Source: an uncultured Thermoprotei archaeon (GTDB lineage Archaea; Thermoproteota; Thermoprotei; Thermofilales; B15-G2). Taken from it: 64,000 bases of DNA. The stretch spans positions 1 through 64,000 of the forward strand of contig CBDUKN010000013.1 of NCBI GenBank assembly GCA_965367815.1, read 5' to 3'. Positions 29,352-38,698 of the stretch are shown here, in pieces. A model generated the notes under the pieces. It was not told the origin of the DNA. It saw only the letters and a list, made by a program, of their open reading frames with translations, and did not search any database. The position numbers were made by a program, and so were the translations under genes. Each line of letters begins with the position of its first letter. Position 1 is the first letter of the stretch.

Positions 29352-30203
29352 TTAATTTCTTTTAGCAAAAAAGTCTATACATATTTTGTAGATTCTGGGA
29401 GCGTATGGCAAAACAATTCGTCTAGATAGAATTTTATAATCGTAACCCATTTTTCTACACCACTCGTCAATAATTTTCTCTGCATCAGAATAGAGACTAT
29501 TCTCATGGGACCAGTGGTAAAAGTGAATAATACCTCCTGAGTCTTTAAGGCACTGAAGTGCCACATCTAAAAATGTGTGAGCACCTTTAGGTAAAGGCAT
29601 TAATACTCTGTCACACGAGCCATACCATCTTGGGCAAAGTTCTCTAACATCTCCTAAGTAAGCTTCCATAACCTTTTCTAATTTATTTATCTTGATGTTT
29701 TCAACTAAATACTTAAATGCGTCGGGATTTATTTCAATAGCAATAATTCTCTTTACCAAAGGCTGCTTCTTGGCAATAGCTATACCAAAGGGCCCTACTC
29801 CAGCAAACATATACATAACTACTTCGCCTGGAGAAACTTGGGAAGCAATTCTCATGCGCTCGGTACTTTCTCTTGGAGAAAAGTACGCTTTAGTAGGATC
29901 TACTTTAATTATGTACCCATATTCCTTATGGTAGACTTCTGTATTAGGGTCTCCCAAAAGAAGCTCGTATTCTCTAGTACGGTAAATACCTTTTCGGCCA
30001 GATTTTTTCCGAAGAACGGTCCTGATGTGCTTATTTATTTTTACTATAGCATCAGCGATTTCGTATTTCAAGTGCTCTATTTCTGGAGGTATTTCAACAA
30101 TGGCTACTGCCTTCTGTCTAGAACCGATAATATCGTAGCTTGACGGAATATATTTCAGTAAATCTTCGTCGATTTTTCCTTTAAAGTAATCTTTTAATCT
30201 CAT
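29352..30203 (-). CDS. Trm5/Taw2-family tRNA-modifying SAM transferase
   Basis: YFSPR, MFAGVGPF, EINP, DRVLMPLP, YAPR. Confidence 0.88.
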   Translation of the reverse strand: MRLKDYFKGKIDEDLLKYIPSSYDIIGSRQKAVAIVEIPPEIEHLKYEIADAIVKINKHIRTVLRKKSGRKGIYRTREYELLLGDPNTEVYHKEYGYIIKVDPTKAYFSPRESTERMRIASQVSPGEVVMYMFAGVGPFGIAIAKKQPLVKRIIAIEINPDAFKYLVENIKINKLEKVMEAYLGDVRELCPRWYGSCDRVLMPLPKGAHTFLDVALQCLKDSGGIIHFYHWSHENSLYSDAEKIIDEWCRKMGYDYKILSRRIVLPYAPRIYKICIDFFAKRN

Positions 30204-31912
30204 GGTCTCTTGCCTACACTCAAATATTTTAGTGCCTCTTTTGATTCAAGCAATTTTTCTACTTCTTCAAGAGACCTAAATGGCCTCTTAAGCTTTATCT
30301 CAGCTGCCTTCCTTTTACCGATGCCTGGTACAAGCTCTAGTAAACTCGTAGGAGCCTTATTTACATCAAGAGGATATGGTACAACCGTTACTGAGCGATA
30401 TCCGTAACCCACTACGGCGAAATCGTAGTATCTATAGAGAGGTAGTCTTTCTGGGCAATAAAGTAAAAGAGGATAGCTTCCCGGCTGCCTAGCGTAAGTA
30501 GCTTTACCGTAATGTTTTTCAGTAAAAGCTTTCTTCAATACTGTGCCTAAGGGCACAAGCCTTGTCAACATAGGCTGATCGATCTCTCTCCTTACTTTCT
30601 CTTTAAACCATTTAAAGTACTTCTTGTGTTTTCTAATAATTCTATCACCTATCTCCCACATAGGAGTACCTGGAAAAGCTAAGACTTGTCTAATGTTAAT
30701 TCTTCTTAGTAGAAGACCTTCTCTCAAAACTTTTCTCAAGAACTCTAGGTTCAAGTAGTAAGTTTCCTTAGTTTCTCCTATAAGACCACAAACAAAGTTT
30801 ACTCCAGGCAGTATTTCAGGCAAGCCATTCCATCCTCTTACCCTTCCTACTTCATTAATTATTTTTATAGCTTCAAATGCTTCACCGGGCATAACCTTGA
30901 GATTATTGAGCTTCACTACTCTGGGGTCAGCGCTCTCTATTCCAAAAGCAGCAACATCGCCTGGAGTATGATATTTCATGAGTATTTTTGTCACTTCAAT
31001 AGATTTTTCCCTATGGTGGTAAATAGTACCTGGATTAACGTTATCTATGTGTAGAGTCTCTAACTTGGGAGCATTTATCCTAATTCCTCTAAGTAATCTT
31101 TCTATTGCTTCAGGCGACGGTTCGGGAAACTCGCTTTTACCGGTATCTTTAGCCATATATGTATAAAAGTCTGCCTGCCTACCTAGCCTAAAGTGTCTCA
31201 CTCCTACATTATGCAGAGCCTTTACCTCTAAAACTATGTCTTCTGCGCTCCTGTAAGTAACTTTACCGTATCTAACTGTAGTGCAAAAAGAGCATCCGCC
31301 TACAACAAAACGAGGGCATCCTCTATAAGTCTCTATTTCGCAGATAAGGTTCTTACCAAAGCAGGGATGCTGCTTTGCAATAAGCGCGCCCTTAATAGCG
31401 AACTCCCTAATCTCGTCATAACTAGTTCTTATGGCATGAGAGTCCACTTTCTCTAATGAGAATTTCTCGAGAATTAAGTCTCTTACAACGATTTCCACAT
31501 CTCCCTTAACTACTATATCATAGTAGTTTTCAAAGAACTTGGGATCAATAGCTATTTTACCGCCTTCTCCCCCATATCCAAATTTCGCTACAGGGCCTCC
31601 TAGTATCTTTATTTTAGCTGGCAGTAGAGAACTCCACTTAATTAATTCGTCGAGCTTAATCGGATCGCCTCCCAAATACTTTCCGGGTACACATACTCCG
31701 GCTATAACAATAAGTAAATAGGCTTTTGAGCAAATTTTCTGAAAATGCTCAAAATTGCTTCGAGCTTGATCTACAGTAAAGTACTTTATTGTAGCATCTG
31801 GACATAGACTCCGTATTGCTCCAGCAACATACCTCGGGTAAACATCTAAATAGGGAGGTACTCCGAGACCTGCAGGTTCGTCAGTATACCCGTCCAGTAT
31901 TACAGCTATCAT
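30200..31912 (-). CDS. Radical SAM protein with C-terminal HhH (COG1031-like)
   Basis: DGYTDEPAGLGVPPY, RGCPRFVVGGCSFC, VPGIG HhH. Confidence 0.88.
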   Translation of the reverse strand: MIAVILDGYTDEPAGLGVPPYLDVYPRYVAGAIRSLCPDATIKYFTVDQARSNFEHFQKICSKAYLLIVIAGVCVPGKYLGGDPIKLDELIKWSSLLPAKIKILGGPVAKFGYGGEGGKIAIDPKFFENYYDIVVKGDVEIVVRDLILEKFSLEKVDSHAIRTSYDEIREFAIKGALIAKQHPCFGKNLICEIETYRGCPRFVVGGCSFCTTVRYGKVTYRSAEDIVLEVKALHNVGVRHFRLGRQADFYTYMAKDTGKSEFPEPSPEAIERLLRGIRINAPKLETLHIDNVNPGTIYHHREKSIEVTKILMKYHTPGDVAAFGIESADPRVVKLNNLKVMPGEAFEAIKIINEVGRVRGWNGLPEILPGVNFVCGLIGETKETYYLNLEFLRKVLREGLLLRRINIRQVLAFPGTPMWEIGDRIIRKHKKYFKWFKEKVRREIDQPMLTRLVPLGTVLKKAFTEKHYGKATYARQPGSYPLLLYCPERLPLYRYYDFAVVGYGYRSVTVVPYPLDVNKAPTSLLELVPGIGKRKAAEIKLKRPFRSLEEVEKLLESKEALKYLSVGKRP

Positions 31913-32211
31913 ACTTCACTTAATTCATACTTTTAGGAAAGATTATAATGAGTTTTTCTTTAAAAGTTACATGAGAAAAATTCTGATGAGAGGCTTGCCC
32001 ATTTTTATGAAATCTACATTGATTTAAATCAGTAAAATCATCGGTAAACAATGGTAGACTTTTCTGAAGTGTGACATTTACCAATAAATTATTTAATGAA
32101 ATTAATTTATTAAAAAATAATGGAAGTATCTGATGGTGGCGGTGGAAGGAATAAACTAAACCGGGCTTTCTAATGGAGACTTTACTGAAGTTTACTAATG
32201 ATAATAGAACG

Positions 32212-32260
32212 TCAGCCGGGTAAGTTTAGTTCATTAATCACTTCCGGGAGTACTCATCAT
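32212..32260 (-). ncRNA. C/D box sRNA
   Basis: AUGAUGA-GUACUCCCGGAA-GUGA-UUAAUGA-ACUAAACUUACCCGG-CUGA. Confidence 0.8.
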
Positions 32261-32312
32261 CCCTAGAGTAAATAGTAAAAAATCTAAGTAAAGTTTACTG
32301 GATATGCTACGG

Positions 32313-32891
32313 TTAGAAGATAGGTTTAGCTAATATTTTCTTTATCTTGACATCGAAGAAGTTTCTTGAAGGAGCTGCTGTTAATATTACTGCTGTGTCT
32401 GCTCCTCTACCTGTACCAGCTATAGCTACGACATCTTCTCCGGGCGCAAAATATCCTGCATCAGTAGCCATTAGAGTAATTTCTACGGCAACTTTCATTC
32501 CTTCGCAGAACCTTCTAAGCACGTTAGCTATGAGGCCCACTAAGGTTAGGCCTCCATATTTTTTCTCGATGGCTCTTGACACTCCACCTAGAGCATGTGC
32601 TGCCGTAACTATATGTGCTCCTTTTTCTCGGAGTTTCTCGGCAATTTTTTCATCAAATTCTTGGCGGATATTTTCTCTGAACCAGCTTGTATGAGTTACT
32701 ATGACTAAGTTGTATTTAGAGGGGTCAAAGTAATTAAGAGCTTTTTCTGCTACTTTGCCTCTAGTTGAGGCGACAACTATGTTTTTTATATTATATTTTT
32801 CTGCATATTCTTTAGCTATCTTGAGTGTAATCTCTGTGTTTTCTTCTTCAGCAAATTTTTCAAAATATACTACCTTCTCTTCTATAGGCAC
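32313..32891 (-). CDS. Pyruvate kinase C-terminal-like domain protein (COG1751)
   Basis: VVASTRG, GMKVAVEITLMATDAG, GTGRGADTA. Confidence 0.88.
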   Translation of the reverse strand: MPIEEKVVYFEKFAEEENTEITLKIAKEYAEKYNIKNIVVASTRGKVAEKALNYFDPSKYNLVIVTHTSWFRENIRQEFDEKIAEKLREKGAHIVTAAHALGGVSRAIEKKYGGLTLVGLIANVLRRFCEGMKVAVEITLMATDAGYFAPGEDVVAIAGTGRGADTAVILTAAPSRNFFDVKIKKILAKPIF

Positions 32892-32934
32892 ATATAGTTA
32901 AGGTAAAAGAAAACTTATAAGAGTAATTAGGGGC

Positions 32935-32987
32935 TCAGCCGCTCCACGTCCTTCGTCACCAACTAGGCTTTCCCTGCTTCGTCATCG
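32935..32987 (-). ncRNA. C/D box sRNA (second of a tandem pair)
   Basis: AUGACGA-AGCAGGGAAAG-CCUA-GUUG-GUGACGA-AGGACGUGGAGCGG-CUGA. Confidence 0.65.
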
Positions 32988-32992
32988 CCATT

Positions 32993-33040
32993 TCAGCTAT
33001 GGGTGGCGTCTTCATATGTCTGTTCCCGGTTCTTCATCAC
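32993..33040 (-). ncRNA. C/D box sRNA overlapping the PRTase stop codon (first of a tandem pair)
   Basis: GUGAUGA-AGAACCGGGAA-CAGA-CAUAUGA-AGACGCCACCCAUAG-CUGA. Confidence 0.8.
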
Positions 33041-33717
33041 TGTACTTCGTAGACCAGTTCTTCTTCTTTCTCTACCTTCTTAAGTTTACCGTTCGCTATG
33101 AGTAAGTCTAGAGCCAGCTTATAGTATTCTTCGCCGACGTCTATTCCGTACCATTCTTTAAACTTCTCTACTATTTCGCTAAACTTCCATGTTTTCTTCG
33201 TTTTACCTTCTTCGCCAAGCATTTTCTCTATGAATTGGGTAGTGTCTTCTAGTCTTGTCCACGGATACTGGTACCATGTCCAGTCTTTGACATCTTCTAC
33301 ATAATAGTCCGGCTTTATTTTACACACAGGACTTATCCACTGCATTGTAGCTACTTTAATTTCCTTTGGTTTGCATTCTGAAGTTAAGTGCTCTTTTGCC
33401 ACTATAATGGAGTCTCCTGTATCAGCAATATCGTCTACAAGTAGAACTTTCTTTCCTGAAAGATCGACTTTAAGTGGATATTTGACATGAGCCCTAGCAG
33501 TTATTTCAGCGGCTTTTCCCCAGTGGACTACCTGTACGCTTAAGAGTTCGTGAATGTCGAGGAAGTCGCAGAGAAGTCTTGCTGGAACAAATCCTCCTCT
33601 CGCAATAGCTACAACAGTATCAGGAATCCATTCGGACTCTCTTATTTTCGCTGCTAGTTCTCTACACCACTCTACGACTTCCTCCCATTTAACAAGTTTG
33701 CATTTTACTTTGACCAC
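33037..33717 (-). CDS. Purine phosphoribosyltransferase (HGXPRT-like)
   Basis: IARGG, VLLVDDIADTGDS PRPP-binding motif, WYQYPW. Confidence 0.9.
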   Translation of the reverse strand: MVKVKCKLVKWEEVVEWCRELAAKIRESEWIPDTVVAIARGGFVPARLLCDFLDIHELLSVQVVHWGKAAEITARAHVKYPLKVDLSGKKVLLVDDIADTGDSIIVAKEHLTSECKPKEIKVATMQWISPVCKIKPDYYVEDVKDWTWYQYPWTRLEDTTQFIEKMLGEEGKTKKTWKFSEIVEKFKEWYGIDVGEEYYKLALDLLIANGKLKKVEKEEELVYEVQ

Positions 33718-33811
33718 GGTCTCCCTTAATGAATAGTGGTCTTTTTTTATTTAAGCTTAAATTCGATACTCTAATGTAATTTTTATTAAGGTAGTTAAAT
33801 AAAGTAGACTC

Positions 33812-34315
33812 GTGAAAGCTAAAAGGCATCTACTCAGCAAAAAAGACAAGAAGGCTTTAATAAAAGAGATAGCGGAAAAATACCCGGAACTCTCTGAATT
33901 AATTAAGGAAGCTGAAATAGTAGAGAAAGCTGAAACTGATGAAGGGACGGTGATAATTGCCGACAAGACTCCTTGTCTAATAATTCTGGAAGAAGATATT
34001 ACAATACCTGCGCTGAAAATATTGCTCAAGGAGAAATACCAAGACCTCTTGCCGAAGGTAGTTGTAGACATGGGTGCTGTACCTCATATAGCTAATGGCG
34101 CCGACGTAATGGCTCCAGGAATAACTCAAATTAAAGGTGATTTCGAGAAAGGAGACATAGTGGTGGTTGTCGACGAAAGACACGGTAAGCCTCTTGCTGT
34201 CTGTAGAGCGTGGTACTCTAGCAGCGAAATAAGACAGATGAAAAAAGGAAAAGTGCTAGAAAATCTACATTATGTAGGAGACGACCTTTGGGAGTTCTTT
34301 AAGTCTTTAGCATAA
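33812..34315 (+). CDS. PUA-domain RNA-binding protein (DUF1947, MCT-1/Tma20-like)
   Basis: VVDMGAVPHIANGADVMAPGI, LHYVGD. Confidence 0.9.
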   Translation: MKAKRHLLSKKDKKALIKEIAEKYPELSELIKEAEIVEKAETDEGTVIIADKTPCLIILEEDITIPALKILLKEKYQDLLPKVVVDMGAVPHIANGADVMAPGITQIKGDFEKGDIVVVVDERHGKPLAVCRAWYSSSEIRQMKKGKVLENLHYVGDDLWEFFKSLA

Positions 34316-34833
34316 TAGAGGATTATCTTGTGTATATGAAGAGGACTGTGCGACTTTAACTCGACTACCTTTGATGGAACAATATCTTCAAAAGAATAAT
34401 CGTGTAAAACAATTCTAGCGCTTGGTTTAATTTCTCTAGCTAGCTTGTATTTAAGCAAACGAAGTGTTTTAGGAAGGAGGTATAGGGTAACTATATCAGC
34501 GTCACTAATGTTTATCTCGAAGAAATCTCCTACAATTATTTTGACTCTGTCTTCAACACCCTCTTCCTTAGTTCTCCTAGTAGCTATTTCTGCCAAGTGG
34601 GGATTTATTTCCACTCCTACGCATCGGCATCCGAAATATTTGGCAGCGACAATTAGGATGTTTCCGTCTCCGCAGCCTAAGTCTACTACAAGTTCCCCAG
34701 GCTTAGCTTCAGCAAGTTTAAGCATTTCATATGCAACATACTCCGGTGTAGGCGAGTAAGGCGAAAGTAGTTGATATGAGAAAATGTAGAAAGGTGTTCG
34801 AGAGAGTTTCTTATACTTATTTTCTGAAGACAT
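34270..34833 (-). CDS. Class I SAM methyltransferase (protein-lysine methyltransferase-like)
   Basis: PYSPTP, DLGCGDG, ADIVTLYL, RIVLHD. Confidence 0.85.
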   Translation of the reverse strand: MSSENKYKKLSRTPFYIFSYQLLSPYSPTPEYVAYEMLKLAEAKPGELVVDLGCGDGNILIVAAKYFGCRCVGVEINPHLAEIATRRTKEEGVEDRVKIIVGDFFEINISDADIVTLYLLPKTLRLLKYKLAREIKPSARIVLHDYSFEDIVPSKVVELKSHSPLHIHKIILYYAKDLKNSQRSSPT

Positions 34834-35356
34834 CGTTTACCGCTTTAATAAAGTCGTGTAAATCTCTGTCAGTGTAGGCTACTAAAAATATTTTATCGAA
34901 GTCTGCTCCACTGTTTAAGTAATCTTTAATGCATTTAGCCATTGTTTTCACTGCATCGTAGACCCTTAGTCTGCCTACGCCTGTACCCATACCTGGAAAA
35001 GCTATTGACTTTATTTTCATCGAAGACGCTACTGAGAGTGCAGCTAAAACAGCCTTAGAAACTGCTTCAAGTGAAGTGCGCTGAGCGGGTTTTTCCATAG
35101 TAGGAGCATGAATAACATACTTGGCTTTCAGCTTGCCAGCTGTTGTTGCAACAGCTTTACCCACAGGAACAGGGGCTTTTCTTAAAGCTTCTTTCTCGAT
35201 AATATCGCCTCCTTTTCTCTTAATCGCGCCAGCAACGCCGCCTCCCATGATCATTAAAGAGTTAGCAGGGTTGACTATAGCATCAGCCTCTACTTCTGTA
35301 ATGTCTCCTTTAATGACTTCAATTACAGTACCCTTATACTCTACTCTCATAATCAA
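34817..35356 (-). CDS. Macrodomain ADP-ribose-binding/hydrolase protein
   Basis: GDIT, AIVNPAN, GGGVAGAI, FPGMGTGVG. Confidence 0.93.
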   Translation of the reverse strand: MIMRVEYKGTVIEVIKGDITEVEADAIVNPANSLMIMGGGVAGAIKRKGGDIIEKEALRKAPVPVGKAVATTAGKLKAKYVIHAPTMEKPAQRTSLEAVSKAVLAALSVASSMKIKSIAFPGMGTGVGRLRVYDAVKTMAKCIKDYLNSGADFDKIFLVAYTDRDLHDFIKAVNDVFRK

Positions 35357-35409
35357 TTACTCATGTAAATAGACAAGTATATCAGTTTTCTCGACAGTAA
35401 AATAGTGGG

Positions 35410-36567
35410 ATGATATTTAGAATTGCTTGGTATTTTTCCAAAAAAGAAAAGGAATGCTCTCTCTGTGGCAAAAGATCTCCAGTAATATCAAGTACTATTG
35501 GTGTTTGCGTTGATTGTCTTAGAGAAAATCCCAGCGAAGCACTTAAGATAGCGATGGAGGCACATAAAGTAAGCAGAGGTAAGTACGGGCTTCCATTCGA
35601 ACCTCCAAGAGATCCTAAAGGACTGAAATGCACAATGTGTGCTAATGAATGTGTCATAGGAGAAGGTGGCTACGGATTCTGCGGTCTCGTAAAAAACGAG
35701 GGAGGTAGACTAGTTAGACTCGCGGGAACGCCCGATAAAGGTATAGTTGACTGCTACTATGACCCACTGCCTACTAACTGTGTAGCAGAATGGATTTGTC
35801 CGGGCTGTACTGGAAGAGGATACCCAAAGTACGCTTATTGCCCCTCAGCTGAAAGAGGGTACTACAATTTAGCTGTATTTTACGGAGCCTGCAACCTTGA
35901 CTGTCTCTTCTGTCAAAACTGGCACTACAGAGAAAATACTTTTCGTATGTCTCCAATTATGACATCAAGAGAATTGGCAGAGAAAGTTAGAGAAAAAGTT
36001 TCATGTGTATGTTTTTTCGGAGGGGATCCTTCACCACAAATGCCTCATGCAATAAGAGCTAGTGAAATCGCCTTAGAGAAAGCTTCTCGTGAAAAACGCA
36101 TACTAAGAATATGCTGGGAAACCAACGGTTTAATGAATCCTACGTTCCTCGATAAAGCCGTAGAGCTATCGCTTGAAAGTGGGGGATGCATAAAATTTGA
36201 TGTAAAGGCGTGGACTCCAAGCGTATATAAGGCTCTCACAGGCTGTGATAATAAACGAGTATTCGAGAACCTAAAGGGAGCAGCTAAAAGAATAGAGGAA
36301 AGGAAAGATCCTCCACTGGTCATAGTGAGCATTTTACTTGTACCTGGCTACGTTGATCTTTATGAAGTTGAAAAAATAGTTAACTTTATAGCTGATCTGA
36401 ATACCTCGATACCTCTTTCGCTATTAGCTTTTCATCCAGACTACTTAATGAATGATATTCCGCCTACTAGTAGGAGACATGCAATGGAGGCTCTAGCTAT
36501 TGCCCGTAAAGCCGGCCTAGAGAATGTCAATATAGGCAATATATGGCTTCTAGGAGACTACTATTAG
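35410..36567 (+). CDS. Radical SAM protein (PFL-activating enzyme-like)
   Basis: CNLDCLFCQNW, FFGGDP, WETNG, N-terminal Cys clusters. Confidence 0.9.
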   Translation: MIFRIAWYFSKKEKECSLCGKRSPVISSTIGVCVDCLRENPSEALKIAMEAHKVSRGKYGLPFEPPRDPKGLKCTMCANECVIGEGGYGFCGLVKNEGGRLVRLAGTPDKGIVDCYYDPLPTNCVAEWICPGCTGRGYPKYAYCPSAERGYYNLAVFYGACNLDCLFCQNWHYRENTFRMSPIMTSRELAEKVREKVSCVCFFGGDPSPQMPHAIRASEIALEKASREKRILRICWETNGLMNPTFLDKAVELSLESGGCIKFDVKAWTPSVYKALTGCDNKRVFENLKGAAKRIEERKDPPLVIVSILLVPGYVDLYEVEKIVNFIADLNTSIPLSLLAFHPDYLMNDIPPTSRRHAMEALAIARKAGLENVNIGNIWLLGDYY

Positions 36568-36623
36568 TCAGTCCGCGGCCTAATAATCATCCCCGGGAGG
36601 TCTCGAGCCCTCCTCCTCATCAC
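36568..36623 (-). ncRNA. C/D box sRNA
   Basis: GUGAUGA...AUGAUUA-UUAGGCCGCGGA-CUGA, GC-rich in AT-rich context, TATA (AAATATATA) ~27 nt upstream. Confidence 0.7.
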
Positions 36624-36689
36624 CACAACTTTAAAGTAAATTCAGCTCTATATATTTCTTGAAAATAGCTGGCAAAGTAAGGTGAAAAA

Positions 36690-36899
36690 TTGGGTAAAAT
36701 AAAAGCGTATATGTGCCCGAGGTGTGGATCGCTTAAAGTTAAGCCGCTAACGCCTTTAAGCGGAGTTATCACACCCCAACAGTATATTTGTGAGGACTGT
36801 GGATATATATCGACAGTATTCCTTGTGGTGGAGATAAATGTTGAGTCTGAAAGACTTCGTGAAGAAAATAGATCACACGGTTCTAAAACCGAACACTGA
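36690..36899 (+). CDS. Small CPxCG zinc-ribbon protein
   Basis: CPRCGS...CEDCGY; GGTGA RBS upstream. Confidence 0.75.
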   Translation: MGKIKAYMCPRCGSLKVKPLTPLSGVITPQQYICEDCGYISTVFLVVEINVESERLREENRSHGSKTEH

Positions 36900-37527
36900 C
36901 CTAGAAAAAGTTCTAAGTGAAGCTGAGAAAGCAGTTGAGATAGGCTTCGCAGCGTTTGTCGTACCTCCAGTCTATGTGAAAAGAGTCTCTGATGTACTTT
37001 CCTCAAGTGACGTCAAATTGTGCACTGTTGTAGGTTTTCCTTTAGGCTACAGTACTCTCGAAGCTAAGCTAGCTGAACTAGAGAAGGCAGTGAGTGACGG
37101 AGCAGAAGAAATCGATACTGTAATGAATATTTCGTATTTAAAATCAGGGCTCATTGATGAACTTAAAAACGAGCTTTTGTCATTAGTTGAAGCTGCTCAT
37201 AGCAGTGGATGTATAATAAAAGTAATTATCCAGACAGATTATCTGACAGATGAAGAGAAAATAGAGGCCTGTAAACTACTTATTGAAGTAGGAGCTGATT
37301 TCGTTAAAACATGTACAGGTTTTGGTCCAGGAAGAGCTATGCTACATGATGTTACTCTTCTCAGAAAAGTGGCGGGAGATAAGATTAAGGTAAAAGCAGC
37401 TGGAGGAATAAGGCATGCAGAAGACGCTCTAGCGTTTATTCAAGCAGGAGCAGATAGAATAGGAACAAGTAGCGGCGTGACAATAGTTGAAGAGTACAGA
37501 AAGATCTTAGAGTCTAAAGAGGGTTAA
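36838..37527 (+). CDS. deoC: Deoxyribose-phosphate aldolase
   Basis: IDHTVLKP, VGFPLG, FVKTCTGF, KAAGGIR, RIGTS. Confidence 0.95.
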   Translation: MLSLKDFVKKIDHTVLKPNTDLEKVLSEAEKAVEIGFAAFVVPPVYVKRVSDVLSSSDVKLCTVVGFPLGYSTLEAKLAELEKAVSDGAEEIDTVMNISYLKSGLIDELKNELLSLVEAAHSSGCIIKVIIQTDYLTDEEKIEACKLLIEVGADFVKTCTGFGPGRAMLHDVTLLRKVAGDKIKVKAAGGIRHAEDALAFIQAGADRIGTSSGVTIVEEYRKILESKEG

Positions 37528-37984
37528 CTCCTCTCTCAATAGCTTTTTCCTCCAACTTTGTTACGTACTTTTTCTTAAATCCTATGAAAATACCTCCATA
37601 TTTTCCTCCGACATAAGCTATAGTTGATTCACCTACTTTTAGTAAATCGGCTAAGTCTTCGCATAAAACATCTATAGAATTTACTACAACACTGTCATTA
37701 TTTAAGGAAACTCTAGTTATCTTGTTAAGCATTACTCTTATCCCTCCAGGAACTCCGAGAATCTTCAAATACTGATGCGTCTTTGGCGGAAGAATTTGGT
37801 TTAACAAAGAGTTTTCTATGTCTAAGTGAGTTACTCGAGCTAGAGAGTAGCCTTTGACGTGGAGATAGACTTCAGTTTCAGAAGATACGTCTACACGTCT
37901 ACTACCGAGTAAATATACTTTAGCGTTCAAGAGAATTTTACCTGGAGCAGGACCTGTCACTAATATTCTTGTCTTCAGGCACAA
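37514..37984 (-). CDS. Hypothetical protein
   Basis: 156-aa ORF with beta-rich composition (ARVTHLDIE, YVGGKYGGIFIGF). Confidence 0.65.
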   Translation of the reverse strand: MCLKTRILVTGPAPGKILLNAKVYLLGSRRVDVSSETEVYLHVKGYSLARVTHLDIENSLLNQILPPKTHQYLKILGVPGGIRVMLNKITRVSLNNDSVVVNSIDVLCEDLADLLKVGESTIAYVGGKYGGIFIGFKKKYVTKLEEKAIERGVNPL

Positions 37985-38040
37985 AATATTTCTTACCTAA
38001 AGCAGGTTCTAAAAGAACTAAACTGTAATTTTAAATAATA

Positions 38041-38613
38041 TTGGTAATAAAATCAAATGACCGAGAAATGTTGAAGGAGGCTCTTGTCCTGCAGCTAGCC
38101 ATTATAGCAGTTCCAGCATATACTGCGAACTCTATCCCAGTTCTTGCCGCAAAAATACTTAAAAAGAGAACGCCTATAGACATGGGTAAAACGTTTATCG
38201 ACGGAAGACGTATTCTAGGGGACGGAAAAAGTGTTGAAGGCTTTATTGCAGGAGTAGTCGCTGGAACCGCGACATTTTTCCCCGCAAAGCTTGTCGTGAC
38301 TACTTTCTATTCTCAGTACTTAAAGAGCGTAGTATTATCACTACAGCTCTTCTTTGTAACGGCATTCGGGGCTCTTTTAGGAGATATACTTGGATCGTTT
38401 GTAAAAAGAAGATTAGGTATGCCTAGGGGTCATCCGTTTCCTGTAGTTGACCAGCTAGGCTTTATGGTCACTGCGCTATTACTCGACTATCTTATTTTCT
38501 CAATAAACATTTTTTCCATAGAAACACTTTTGCTCTTAATGCTTACATATATTATACATAAATTGTCTAACTACTTGGCATTCAAGACCGGGCTCAAGAA
38601 TGTTCCCTGGTAA
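38041..38613 (+). CDS. carS: CDP-archaeol synthase
   Basis: PAYTANSIPV, DGRRILGDGKS, GDILGSFVKRR, DQLGF, LKNVPW; start may be 38068. Confidence 0.92.
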   Translation: MVIKSNDREMLKEALVLQLAIIAVPAYTANSIPVLAAKILKKRTPIDMGKTFIDGRRILGDGKSVEGFIAGVVAGTATFFPAKLVVTTFYSQYLKSVVLSLQLFFVTAFGALLGDILGSFVKRRLGMPRGHPFPVVDQLGFMVTALLLDYLIFSINIFSIETLLLLMLTYIIHKLSNYLAFKTGLKNVPW

Positions 38614-38698
38614 TTTTGCTGAACTAGTCAAAGGCTTTTTCAAGATATACTTCTGCTAAATAAAGCTTAGATTTAAATAAAGGAGAAAAGATATTCTC

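Noticed and set aside
31983-32017. Hammerhead ribozyme core (CUGAUGA...GAAA)
   Set aside because: Stem II does not close onto GAAA and stems I/III could not be built
32083-32180. Replication origin (AT-rich element plus ORB-like TTCTAATGGAGAC)
   Set aside because: Only one weak ORB-like match, no G-string, no adjacent orc1/cdc6 or whiP
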